Source: Meyerozyma guilliermondii (Eukaryota). Taken from it: a stretch of 64,000 nt of DNA. The stretch is from assembly GCA_051546255.1 (NCBI GenBank), contig CP128818.1, positions 1,054,001 through 1,118,000 of the forward strand. Reading direction: 5' to 3'. The notes under the pieces were generated by a model. That model did not search any database. It had not been told where the DNA came from and worked only from the letters and a program-made list of their open reading frames with translations. The position numbers were made by a program, and so were the translations under genes. Position 1 is the first letter of the stretch; each line of letters starts with the position of its first letter. Positions 48,439 to 58,300 of the stretch are shown piece by piece.

Positions 48439-50277
48439 TTATACGTAATTCTCCGCAAGGTAATTAAGCACAATCTCGTAGCACACGATGAACTGGCGGA
48501 GATTTTGAACCATAGAAACCCGCTGGGTTCTTTGCAGCTGCACAGACTTGTAGATGACATCGTCTGATCCCCACACGTCCACTTTACCATCGTCTGTTCC
48601 GTCGGCTTTGACTCCACTTGTCTGAGTGTGTATCCGGTCTAGGACCATGTCTGTAGTGATAAAACAGCCCGTACGTCCACAACCGGCAGAACAGTGAACG
48701 ACAATTTGCTTGTTCAAGTGCTCGTTTTCGATCAACTTGTTCTTGAAATTGAGGAGGTCTGTGATACCACTGAAAGAGTCAGGAACTCCAAAATCGGGCC
48801 ATCTTTTGTATTCAATCTGGTACACCTTTTGCATTGAATGGGCCTCTTTCAAAAGTTGCAAGTGACGAACGACAAAGTCTCCATGGTCTTCAACCGACAC
48901 TTTTTTCACCTCCACTTGGCTAGTTGGAAACTCCTGCGAGTCAAAATATTTGAGGTCCTGCCCCACCAACTCCGCTGGCTTCTGCTTGTTGAGACAAACT
49001 ATGACGTTGATATTGTTGCATTGGATTAAATTCCAGAAATCTTCAAAAGTCGCTGGAAGAGGATTTTGCGTCGCAATATACGAGAGATCCGAGAGATCTT
49101 CGTAGCTGATGTAGTTGGCGTTGATATAGTCGTCGTCCAGCTGGGTCTCGACTTTGACTCGGGAGTGTTCGTAGGGCCAGATGTTCTTGTAGCGATTTTT
49201 GTAGCCGTTTTCAATGCCTTTGGGAAGTTCATAATCGATGGTGTCACACGCTGGACAAAGGGCACTGGGCGTACACACCAGAGGAGCATGTTGGATTTCC
49301 TTGACGGAGCCAATGGCGGTTTTCAAGCGAACTTGCTCTGATTTTTCGATTTTGTTGAACCGGTGAGTCAAGACATCGACTATGCCAGATTCCTTGGTGG
49401 TGACCAAAAACTGAAGCCACTTGGGCAACTTGTCCACCTTCTTGTCTAGTCCCTGAGGAACACTGAAGCAGTAATTGAAACTCGACAGGGTTTCATTGAC
49501 TCGAGGCGAATTTCCACCGATCGACCGCAAGAATTTTTGGTTGGAAGGAGTGGCTGAAGGAAGGGTAAAACCGCCAAAAAGAGACGGTTTTGCCAGCTTC
49601 AGGGGTCCGTTGGAGCTGGAATCTGGACTGCTGGCCAGAGTGGAAAGCGGAGAGTTGTCAATTACCGAAGAAGATTGGATACTGGAAAAACCACCTTCAA
49701 GGCAAAAAACGTCAAAACCTCCATGGTGACAATTAAAGTGGCTAAACTTGCCAAATATGTGATAGAGCAACGCTGAGCAATGAGTACCAGAACTTTCAGA
49801 GTCGTAGACGACAACTTTGAGCGGAGGCTTTCCGCCGGATTCTTCAAGGTACTCAGCAAGTAGATCTTTTTGGGGACTTTCGACGGGGATTGAGTTGATT
49901 ATGCTAATAAGTGAGTACGATTGACGCTTGACGAGGGTCGAGGGCACCGCAAGATGGATGGCATTCTTGATTCGAGATGTTGAATATGCATGGAATGGTC
50001 GTACGTCTATGATTACCGATTGCTGACTCAAAATCTCCTCCAAGTCTTTCTGTTCGAGCTTTTTTATGGTTTGCGGAAGCTGGCTATAGATTGGAGATTT
50101 GGGCTGACTGCGAGTTGGAGACCCAATTGACGTTCCTAAAGTTAGCTCTTTCATTGAGCCTATTTTTGGCGCTGTTTTGCACGAGTGTGATATACCGGGA
50201 ATTGGCTGTGAATCAATTTCCTTGTCTTTGGAACCTGCAAAATGGGCAGGGCTGTTGGGTTCCGGGGTAGAGAGCAT
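48439..50277 (-). CDS. MAPK tyrosine phosphatase with an N-terminal rhodanese domain (Ptp2/Ptp3-like)
   Basis: IIDVRPF..Y..SRIKNAI; KNRYKNIWPYEHSRV, DYINAN, WPDFG, HCSAGCGRTG, QRVSMVQ; start MLSTP. Confidence 0.9.
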   Translation of the reverse strand: MLSTPEPNSPAHFAGSKDKEIDSQPIPGISHSCKTAPKIGSMKELTLGTSIGSPTRSQPKSPIYSQLPQTIKKLEQKDLEEILSQQSVIIDVRPFHAYSTSRIKNAIHLAVPSTLVKRQSYSLISIINSIPVESPQKDLLAEYLEESGGKPPLKVVVYDSESSGTHCSALLYHIFGKFSHFNCHHGGFDVFCLEGGFSSIQSSSVIDNSPLSTLASSPDSSSNGPLKLAKPSLFGGFTLPSATPSNQKFLRSIGGNSPRVNETLSSFNYCFSVPQGLDKKVDKLPKWLQFLVTTKESGIVDVLTHRFNKIEKSEQVRLKTAIGSVKEIQHAPLVCTPSALCPACDTIDYELPKGIENGYKNRYKNIWPYEHSRVKVETQLDDDYINANYISYEDLSDLSYIATQNPLPATFEDFWNLIQCNNINVIVCLNKQKPAELVGQDLKYFDSQEFPTSQVEVKKVSVEDHGDFVVRHLQLLKEAHSMQKVYQIEYKRWPDFGVPDSFSGITDLLNFKNKLIENEHLNKQIVVHCSAGCGRTGCFITTDMVLDRIHTQTSGVKADGTDDGKVDVWGSDDVIYKSVQLQRTQRVSMVQNLRQFIVCYEIVLNYLAENYV

Positions 50278-50379
50278 TTTCACCCTTGGAAATGATGAAT
50301 ATTTCCACAGCAATATATACAAATTGAGGTATTTGCATTGATATGACAGGGCTGCAAGCGTCGATGCAGGCGATGCACG

Positions 50380-50391
50380 CATGACGTCATG
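50380..50391. promoter_or_regulatory. CRE/ATF (Sko1-type) palindrome upstream of the phosphatase gene
   Basis: cATGACGTCATg, a perfect 12-bp palindrome about 100 bp upstream of the ATG. Confidence 0.6.
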
Positions 50392-50746
50392 ATGCGTCCC
50401 GCCAAGTTAGATTAAAAATATTCGCTGTTCTCTATCGGGCCTTGACTAGTGGTCAGACGACAGTAGTCGTATCATAAACTTTCAAGCATTCGGACTCGAT
50501 TGCTTTGACGACCTTTGGTCATATCGTGGCAAATTGAGACCATTGGCGAATTTGGTTGGGTTTCCTCCTGCATATTGCCCTCGACGTGCGCATGCGGTGC
50601 GGGAATTCTAGAAGCCTTCCCGAAGCAGCAGAGTCTTAGTGCATAGGGAAATGCACCTCGACGCCCTCCTTGCAGCAGCACTCAGAGTTTATGAGCTGAT
50701 TTGGAAATAGACGCCAAGAAGTTCGATTTGTTTTGACTCATTGCAG

Positions 50747-51580
50747 CTACGAAGCTCTTAATAGAGCTTCCGTGGTCGATGAAATCTCATCATCATTGTT
50801 GGCTTCTGGCTCAATTCCTCGAAGTAAAGCCATAGTGTCATCTTCCTGTTCAATTCTCGGCTCAACTTTCGCGTCAGTATCCGACTCCAGATCCGCATCC
50901 ATTACCTTGTGTCCAGATTCGTCCGCATAAGCGAACACTCTGTCACCGTGCAGCCGCTGTGCATGTTCCCGCACCGCTTCCCGCGCCGGTCCAGGCTGCA
51001 ATGCGGGCTCAGATACAGACTGTAACGTTGCAATCATAGCTTTGGCTTGTGCTAATTCTCTTTGTAGATCATTCACATGAAATTGAAGCTCTCTGAGCTC
51101 ACGTTCTTGCTGTTCTGTGGTACGGCGATACCGTTCTGTTTGCTGGCACTCTTCTTCGTAGTTATTTTGGACATTTTCGAGTCGTTTGCTGTACACTTGT
51201 TCTATTTCTTCGAGTTTTTGATCGTTTAAAACATTTTTTTTGTGCATTTCAGCGATGTACTCCTCATTTCGGTCGAGAAGAACCCTATTTTCGGTCCGAA
51301 GCTGCCTAACTTGGCGATTGAGCCTCTCTATGGTTTCATCTTGTTTTTGTAGACGAGCAAAAAGAGGACTTTCGGTATAATCCGGCTCATTTTTGACATG
51401 ATATAGTCGCAATTGTTCTGGTGAATACTCATTGGTGCTCTGGGATTCCGGCTGCTTATCTATATCGGCTATTTTATTACGTTTTTCGTCTTTTGGAATC
51501 GAGGAATTCTGGGATCTGATTTGATCCAAACTTTCACGAACAGCATAGTAGAGCCGTGAGTGAGGAGGATCTTTTATCAT
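50747..51580 (-). CDS. Hypothetical long coiled-coil protein
   Basis: Heptad-rich central region (QKQDETIERLNRQVRQLR...LQRELAQAKAMIATLQ); start MIKDP or upstream 51676. Confidence 0.65.
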   Translation of the reverse strand: MIKDPPHSRLYYAVRESLDQIRSQNSSIPKDEKRNKIADIDKQPESQSTNEYSPEQLRLYHVKNEPDYTESPLFARLQKQDETIERLNRQVRQLRTENRVLLDRNEEYIAEMHKKNVLNDQKLEEIEQVYSKRLENVQNNYEEECQQTERYRRTTEQQERELRELQFHVNDLQRELAQAKAMIATLQSVSEPALQPGPAREAVREHAQRLHGDRVFAYADESGHKVMDADLESDTDAKVEPRIEQEDDTMALLRGIEPEANNDDEISSTTEALLRAS

Positions 51581-51801
51581 GAAAAAAACTGATACGAAAC
51601 ACCAGAAACTAAAGTGCACAGTCTTCGCACTCCTCTTCGTTGTAGCTCTGATTTCGCTTTCGCACTCTTTCTCCACATCATCGCGAAAACAAACACAGCG
51701 ACGCGATCCGCGAAACTGCCGCTAATTTACAACCACGGCTGCCAAATCTCCCCAGCTGTCGCTAAATTTACCGACGACCCGTCGCTATCTCCACCGACAC
51801 T

Positions 51802-53190
51802 ATGGCACCGCACCGAGTCCGCCGGACCCCAGTGTTTGAAAAAATACGGTCGTTTCCGTTCGATACGTTTTTATGGCTCAATGAACACCGCTTATCTATA
51901 GACTGGGATACCCATGCTCGCAAAGTGGCTCTCCCTTTAGGAGCCCTTCTCAGTATTGTTTTTTATGGTGCCGCTGCCATCCGCTACGATGCTTTGTCGC
52001 TGCAACAGTTTTACCGAGGAGCGGTTTTTTCGCCAAACCACAAGGTTTACGAACGAGTACGCCAGCGGGCTGTGACCGGACGGGTGCCAACTCAATTGGA
52101 CTCGGACGATATGGCGCTGCAAACCTGGCTAGCACTTTGGCTAATGGCTGCAAATTGCATTCTTGCAACCCTCACAATGGCTTGTGTTGCGAATTTTGTA
52201 TCGCTTTACTTTTTTTCTTACCGATCATATACCCTCTTGTACCACAGTGGTGGGTCGCCATCGCTGTCTGCTCGCAGATTGCACCTTACAAACAGCGATA
52301 TGTCATGGTGGTCGAAATTTACAAATTTGTTCGTTTCTCCAGATATGTCGTATCTGGACTCTGAACTGGAACCATCGCTACTTGATGAATCGTACAACGA
52401 GATTAACCTCTTCCAAAAGGACGTATGGCAGCTCCAGGTGTGGGACCCATCGAGATTTTCAATGATGCTCAGTGCCACATTTTCTCCCCCATTGATGATA
52501 TTGATATACATTGGCGGAGGTCCTCTCCCCTTTTATACACTCATTATATCCTACTTGGCGTTCGCCGGCTTATCATACCTCACCATCCAAAAGTTCTTGT
52601 TGCTCGTGGCCGACAAACAGATTCTATACCAGGAAATGTTTCAGGAATACAACAAAAAGTTTGTCCTTCCAAAAACCTCAGTGCTCAGAAAAGATGCAAT
52701 TATCGACGCCACGTTAGGACCCAGAATACTGGCCCATTATACCGTGCAGACCGAGCCGGTAGCCCACCTCCACACCGCCAAGCTGAAAGTTTTCATGACT
52801 CACGACATAAATGGCAAGGCTCACAATACGGCGCCAAAGTCGTCGATGTCCCGCTCAGTTTCTCCCGCTAAAGAAGACGTTTTTCCGAGACTGGCAAAGT
52901 ACAAAAACGAAGGACGTCCGCTCGAGTCTCCATTCCGTACACCGCTTCATCCTGATCCCCGTCTTGGGTACCAGAATCGACTGCACCAGCCAAATTGGAT
53001 CACCCTGTCGACTCCATATCGTCGCAATTCTCGAAACGAATTGCAAACCCCATTTCGTCTGAGACCACACAGCCCTTCGAGGCAGTTGTCTCCGGGACGA
53101 AACACTTCGCCGTTGCGTTTATCGTCGCAATTGGACCATCATGGTTCCAGACTGCCAAGTCCTTCCAAAAGCCGTCCCAGGTGGCAGTGA
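51802..53190 (+). CDS. NUR1: Nuclear rim protein Nur1/Mug154 (DUF2418)
   Basis: RVRRTPVFEKIRSFPFDTFLWLNE..IDWD; WQLQVWDP..FS...FSP; D.QILYQEMFQEYNKKFV. Confidence 0.8.
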   Translation: MAPHRVRRTPVFEKIRSFPFDTFLWLNEHRLSIDWDTHARKVALPLGALLSIVFYGAAAIRYDALSLQQFYRGAVFSPNHKVYERVRQRAVTGRVPTQLDSDDMALQTWLALWLMAANCILATLTMACVANFVSLYFFSYRSYTLLYHSGGSPSLSARRLHLTNSDMSWWSKFTNLFVSPDMSYLDSELEPSLLDESYNEINLFQKDVWQLQVWDPSRFSMMLSATFSPPLMILIYIGGGPLPFYTLIISYLAFAGLSYLTIQKFLLLVADKQILYQEMFQEYNKKFVLPKTSVLRKDAIIDATLGPRILAHYTVQTEPVAHLHTAKLKVFMTHDINGKAHNTAPKSSMSRSVSPAKEDVFPRLAKYKNEGRPLESPFRTPLHPDPRLGYQNRLHQPNWITLSTPYRRNSRNELQTPFRLRPHSPSRQLSPGRNTSPLRLSSQLDHHGSRLPSPSKSRPRWQ

Positions 53191-53201
53191 ACGTTAGCTA
53201 A

Positions 53202-54386
53202 TTACAACTCATTGAATCCGAAAAAGTATCGTAACACGGTTCCAACCACCCCCTTTTTCTGCTCTTTCTTTGGATCCACCTTGGTTCCACTAGTAGTATT
53301 CGTGGAGATGAAAAGGTTAGATCCGTCTTTTATGTCTAGCTTTGCCATGTACTGCGAGGGTATGTCATTCTCAATCGTACCTTGGTCTTTATGCTTGGTT
53401 TCCGCGGCAGCAGTCGTAATTCCACTGCCTATATCCTCAGAAGATGTCAATTTTCGCTTTTGCAATCTCTCCACAGCATCTTTCGTGTATGGAATAACAC
53501 CCAATAAAACACCGTTGAACACTGCGCCGTTCTCCAAAAGTGCATCTACCGCCGACGCAGGGTTGTCGTAGGTGATTTTTGTCCAAGAATTGCCGCTAAA
53601 AATAGGTACAAATTGCTTGTCTTGAAGCCCTACAGTCATTGCCTGAGGTTTACGAAGCACCTCAAAGTCTTCCAAAATGGTTCCGAATTCCTGGAAGTAT
53701 GCAATTACTTGATTAGCCATGGTTTCAGGGTATCCGAACACCAAAATGGCCAGTTCTCCGTTGCTTAATTGCTTTGCTTGATCATTGGAGTCTTCCGATG
53801 GACTGGCTTTTGGAGCATCACGGACAAAAATATTACGGAAATTCTTAGGATCGTTTGCGTCTGAAGTCTTGTCTTCGTTGTTGTTTTGCAGCGATTTGAG
53901 CGATATCAAAACCTCGTCATTTAAGTCATAAATCGATCTCGATGGAGGCATGTCCTCGTCGTTGGTATATACCAGAAAATCGTCTTGTGTTTTGGAACTA
54001 TTGACAGCGTCGTCAAACCTGGTTAAATCTCCAGCAAAACTGGTATCGAAAAAGCTGGAATTGGCATTTACACGGTCAAAAGAACCAGTTCCAAGACGTT
54101 TTTGGTTGGTTCCGAACGATAAAAGATTAAATTCGCCACCGTTTTCGGCTTGAAAGACGTCCTTTTTGTCTCCGCCACTCTTTCTCGTGGATACGGACGA
54201 AGATAAATGAAAACCGGTTTTCTTTTTCGGAGCCAAATGGCTAGGAATCACCCTTCTCCGGGAATTTTGTGCCCATTCCGGCTTGCCAGCTACCACAGAA
54301 TCATTTTTGAGCGCGGAATTACCCGTAAAAAGATTGCTGTCCCCCGCAGAAGAGCTCATACTCAGCGACCGAAACAAGGTGGACAT
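53202..54386 (-). CDS. NUP53: Nucleoporin Nup53/Asm4 (Nup35 RRM)
   Basis: ILVFGYPETMANQVIAYFQEFGTILEDFE, WTKITYDNP.SA..ALLENG; amphipathic C-terminus YFFGFNEL. Confidence 0.85.
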   Translation of the reverse strand: MSTLFRSLSMSSSAGDSNLFTGNSALKNDSVVAGKPEWAQNSRRRVIPSHLAPKKKTGFHLSSSVSTRKSGGDKKDVFQAENGGEFNLLSFGTNQKRLGTGSFDRVNANSSFFDTSFAGDLTRFDDAVNSSKTQDDFLVYTNDEDMPPSRSIYDLNDEVLISLKSLQNNNEDKTSDANDPKNFRNIFVRDAPKASPSEDSNDQAKQLSNGELAILVFGYPETMANQVIAYFQEFGTILEDFEVLRKPQAMTVGLQDKQFVPIFSGNSWTKITYDNPASAVDALLENGAVFNGVLLGVIPYTKDAVERLQKRKLTSSEDIGSGITTAAAETKHKDQGTIENDIPSQYMAKLDIKDGSNLFISTNTTSGTKVDPKKEQKKGVVGTVLRYFFGFNEL

Positions 54387-54504
54387 CACTACAATTTGTT
54401 TTGTTGAGAATTGAATGAAGTCCCCATACAAAGTACGGCATATAACACCGAAAGTTTCGTTGCCAGATGCACTCCTCATCACCGAAATTCGTCTTGTCTT
54501 CCTA

Positions 54505-55359
54505 ATGCTTTCTCCAGCCGAAAGGTCTTTTTTGCATGATTCCCTCATAAGGCTGCCACCTATACGCCCAGACAGGCGTGCAGATTACCAGTTTCGGCCG
54601 TTGGAAGCCAAAACTGGATTTTTACCTGGTTCCAATGGCTCGGCCAGAATCCGGTTGATGGATGGAAGTGAGTGTATAGTAAGTGTTAAGTCAAAGGTGG
54701 TCATTACAGCGCTAGAGAGCGCGCTTATAGAGTGTGACGTGGACATCAGTGGACATCGTGACGACTCAAACTATGTTTCGAATCTTAAATATAATCTTGA
54801 AACTGTCTTGCTTGAGAACTTTCCAACTAGCTGTTTGAACCTCACCAGCAAATATTCTTACAAGCTTTTTATCGATTGCATAGTCATTAGCCACGCGCTG
54901 TATCCGTTGGGACTCATGTCGTTGGCATGTTACTTGGCCTTGAAGACGTCCCGATTACCGCTTTTGATCAGCGAGGTCAATGATGCTGATATTGAAGAAC
55001 AACCCACTTTTTCTGATGACTGGGACGAAGCCCGTAACTTGGCTGAAATGCAAGACTTTCACCCGCCAATATCGATAGTGGCTGGCCTAATTGGTTCAAA
55101 TATACTTTTCGATCCCTCGGCAGAGGAAGTCCAAGTATTGGAAAATGGTCTTTTACTCACCTGGTACAATGGAAAGGTTATATCACCGGTCTCCAACGTC
55201 AACCTTGCTACGAACTCCAAGAATACAAACTTTAAGGGACTCAGTCCTCACTTGATAACAAAAAGTATTTCTATGGCACAGAAGTACTGTGGAGATATCG
55301 TGAAAGCATTGGATTCTGTCATAGACCTGGAAACTAACGCCCCAGATACCATTTTCTAA
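54505..55359 (+). CDS. RRP42: Exosome core subunit Rrp42
   Basis: MLSPAERSFL, IRPD.R...QFRP, FLPGSNGSARI, PTFSDDW. Confidence 0.88.
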   Translation: MLSPAERSFLHDSLIRLPPIRPDRRADYQFRPLEAKTGFLPGSNGSARIRLMDGSECIVSVKSKVVITALESALIECDVDISGHRDDSNYVSNLKYNLETVLLENFPTSCLNLTSKYSYKLFIDCIVISHALYPLGLMSLACYLALKTSRLPLLISEVNDADIEEQPTFSDDWDEARNLAEMQDFHPPISIVAGLIGSNILFDPSAEEVQVLENGLLLTWYNGKVISPVSNVNLATNSKNTNFKGLSPHLITKSISMAQKYCGDIVKALDSVIDLETNAPDTIF

Positions 55360-55383
55360 CCTATATCCATTAATGTATTATAG

Positions 55384-58300
55384 CTAACAATGCTGTGTAG
55401 AGTAAGCATGCACTATCACAGCGGTGGCCGTTTGGATGTTCATCGACCTGATGACTCCAACCTGTTTAATCTCCACACAGAAATCCAATTCCGCAAGCAA
55501 ATCCCCCGGAATCCCTTCCTTTTCACGCCCGAGCAACATGAGTGTCTTCTTGGGGAATTTGAGCTCACTATTGAGTTCCAAAGACTTGTCTGTCTGTTCT
55601 AGACCAACGAGGGTATACCCTTCAGATTTTTTTTGGACCATATAATTTTTGATTTGGTCGACAGGAACTTCTTCCATGGGCATCCACCGGTCTGCAGTGA
55701 CCGCAACGTTCTTGAAATGAGGACTATTCTTCACCCTGATATCAGCAAGTGTCAAAAGTCCCGCACCAAGAACATCGCATAAACGACAAATTCCTCCTAA
55801 ATTTGGAGCCTTGTCAACCAACGACGAAACCACTATCAAGTCACTTCTCTTCACTGCCTTTTCGTCTTTCAAGTCTATAGTGCCGTTCCATGCACCACTT
55901 TTGGTTTGAAGTGGTGATTGACCTTCGACTTCTTGGAAGATGGAACTGTGACCAAGGTCTCGTTTTGAATCTTGGTGCTTGCGTTCTGAGATCCAGAGTT
56001 GCTTCTGGTCGCTGCCCACGGGAATAGAAAGTGACAGAATTTGTTCAGAGCTCATATTTGCTTTTATGACACTCTCAGATACAGAGTCTACCTGGCGGTC
56101 GCTGACCTTTAGAAGAACTCCTCCTAAAAGTCCCACAAGCGACAAATCTTGTTTTATGTCCCATAGAAGAGCATCTCCGTTTCTGTACTTTCCATAGGCT
56201 TCTGACTTGACGGCCGAAACATACACTTCTGAGACCAAAGTGTTGATATCTTCTGGAATATTCAAGTTCTTATTTTTGACTTCAGAGTAAATTGAGCACA
56301 TAAGTGACAAGGAAAAATGTCTGATCAATGCCTTGTTGGAAGTAGAACCTATGATGACATGCGGTAAGAGCTGGGCCAACAATTTCGATTGTTCTTCAGC
56401 GTCAAGTTTTTGAGACAGCAAAAAGACGATTCTTTCGTATGCTGTGAATAATACTGGCAGGTTTCCTGAACTCTCATTTATGGAAGAGAATCCATCAAAG
56501 ATCACTTTGTAGTTCTTTAAGGATAGCGCCAAGATCCACTCGATGTAGACTCTAACTAAAGGACTTGGTTCTTTTCCAAGCATATCCATGAATATCTTCA
56601 CTGTGCTTTCTGATTCAAATAGAGAATTTTCTATCATGGCGACCACAATCGTCATTAATTGTATTCTCGTCCACTCTTCGGTTCCGTCAGTAGCTTTGAT
56701 AGGTTTGAACAAGTGCAAGGTATCTTCGTGGCTAAGAATATACTCAATTACATTTGAGCAAAATTCTGGTGAACAGGAAGTCGCCAATGTTGCAAGGACA
56801 TTGACCCGAGCACTGATCTCTGGTGCTCCATAAGTTTGAGCGTAAAGTCCCCCGTTATCAAAGTTGAAGTTTGTATCGAAAAAACCACCAATAACTGATT
56901 CAAGCTTGAATACGTTGTAGCGAATCTGGTATACCGTGAACGAAAGAACCAAGATTTCATGAATAAATGGTAAACTCTCAAAAGACTTTGTATCCGCAAC
57001 TTTGAAAGCATACAAACATTCTGTCAAAACTGGAAGTATTGTTCTTCTTCCTGGAGCATTAGCTATCACCGACAAGGCAACCTCGTGGATACGAGAAGAA
57101 ATGGTCGAGTTTGATTTGGCTGCAAAAAGCATTTTGGAACTGAACATGTTTCGGAGAACAGAAACCTGAAGAGCTTTCTGGTTGAGCTGTAATCTTGAAG
57201 AATCCAATTCACTCCACACGTCTGCGAGTTTTTTGGAGAGTTCCTCAATGAGCTGTTCAGTATAGTTCTTACTCAAGCAGGTTTCAACAAAGGAACAAAC
57301 AGACAAGTTTCTTGCCAAGTTTGTAGAGCCTTCAACCAAATCGAGAAGACTCAACAAATCAGGCTCTGGTAAGTCCTTTTGACCAACAAACAAGCATAAA
57401 AGATCAATGAAAAGTCCCTCGACTTGATCTTTCAATTTATAGAAATTGGTATCTTGCTTGGTGGCTTCTTGGGAATTAACAAAGAGATTTCCTTTGAGCT
57501 GATAAAGTATTTCTGTCGTCAAAAAGGAGGGCCATTCTCCGCCCTGAATGATCTTGTTTAGAAAGCGAAACGTATTAAGCAGCCCTGTCAACACAGAGTG
57601 ATTTTGAGAAGTTACTTCACTTTCTAGAAAATCAAATAAACTTTTGATGCTGGAAGGTGTAGACAAAACAGCCAAACGATGAGATTCAACAACTGATAAT
57701 TTGTCAATTAAAAGATGGTCTCTGCTTTTTTCAGCTCGCGAAATCATGCTCTCGAAAAGCTTGGAAATCTCAGGCTTCAATGCCAACGACGGTATCTTGA
57801 AATTTGAAGCTAGCAATGAACTCAAAAACAAATCATCTTGTTTGGAGAGGAAAATCTCAAGTCTTGGCCACGAACCTTCACAGTACAAATCCGCAAGAGA
57901 AAATGTTAAAACTCTCTCATCAGTTTGAATGTTCAGTTCGAGCAAGCTCACAAAGTCCTCTTCTTGAAGTGAACATTTCTTCAAGTAGTCTATGATATGA
58001 GGCATTTCCTTGTTCAAAACTCGAACCCCGTTGAATTTGACAAACTTGTCGACACTGGAAACAAACTGCTTTAGCGACGTCAATTTGAACTTCAAAAGTA
58101 AATGGAGATAAATGGTTTGAGACGTACATTCAAAAACATCACCCTCACAATTGCATTCGAATAATTCAATCAATGGTTCAATATGCTTCTCATAGGTCAA
58201 AGTGGGACCTTTAAGACCCTGTAACAAACCAAAGCCAAGGTATATTCTAGCAGGATCAAACGCTTCCTTGTGGCTCTGAAGAACCTCCAAAATTATTCCA

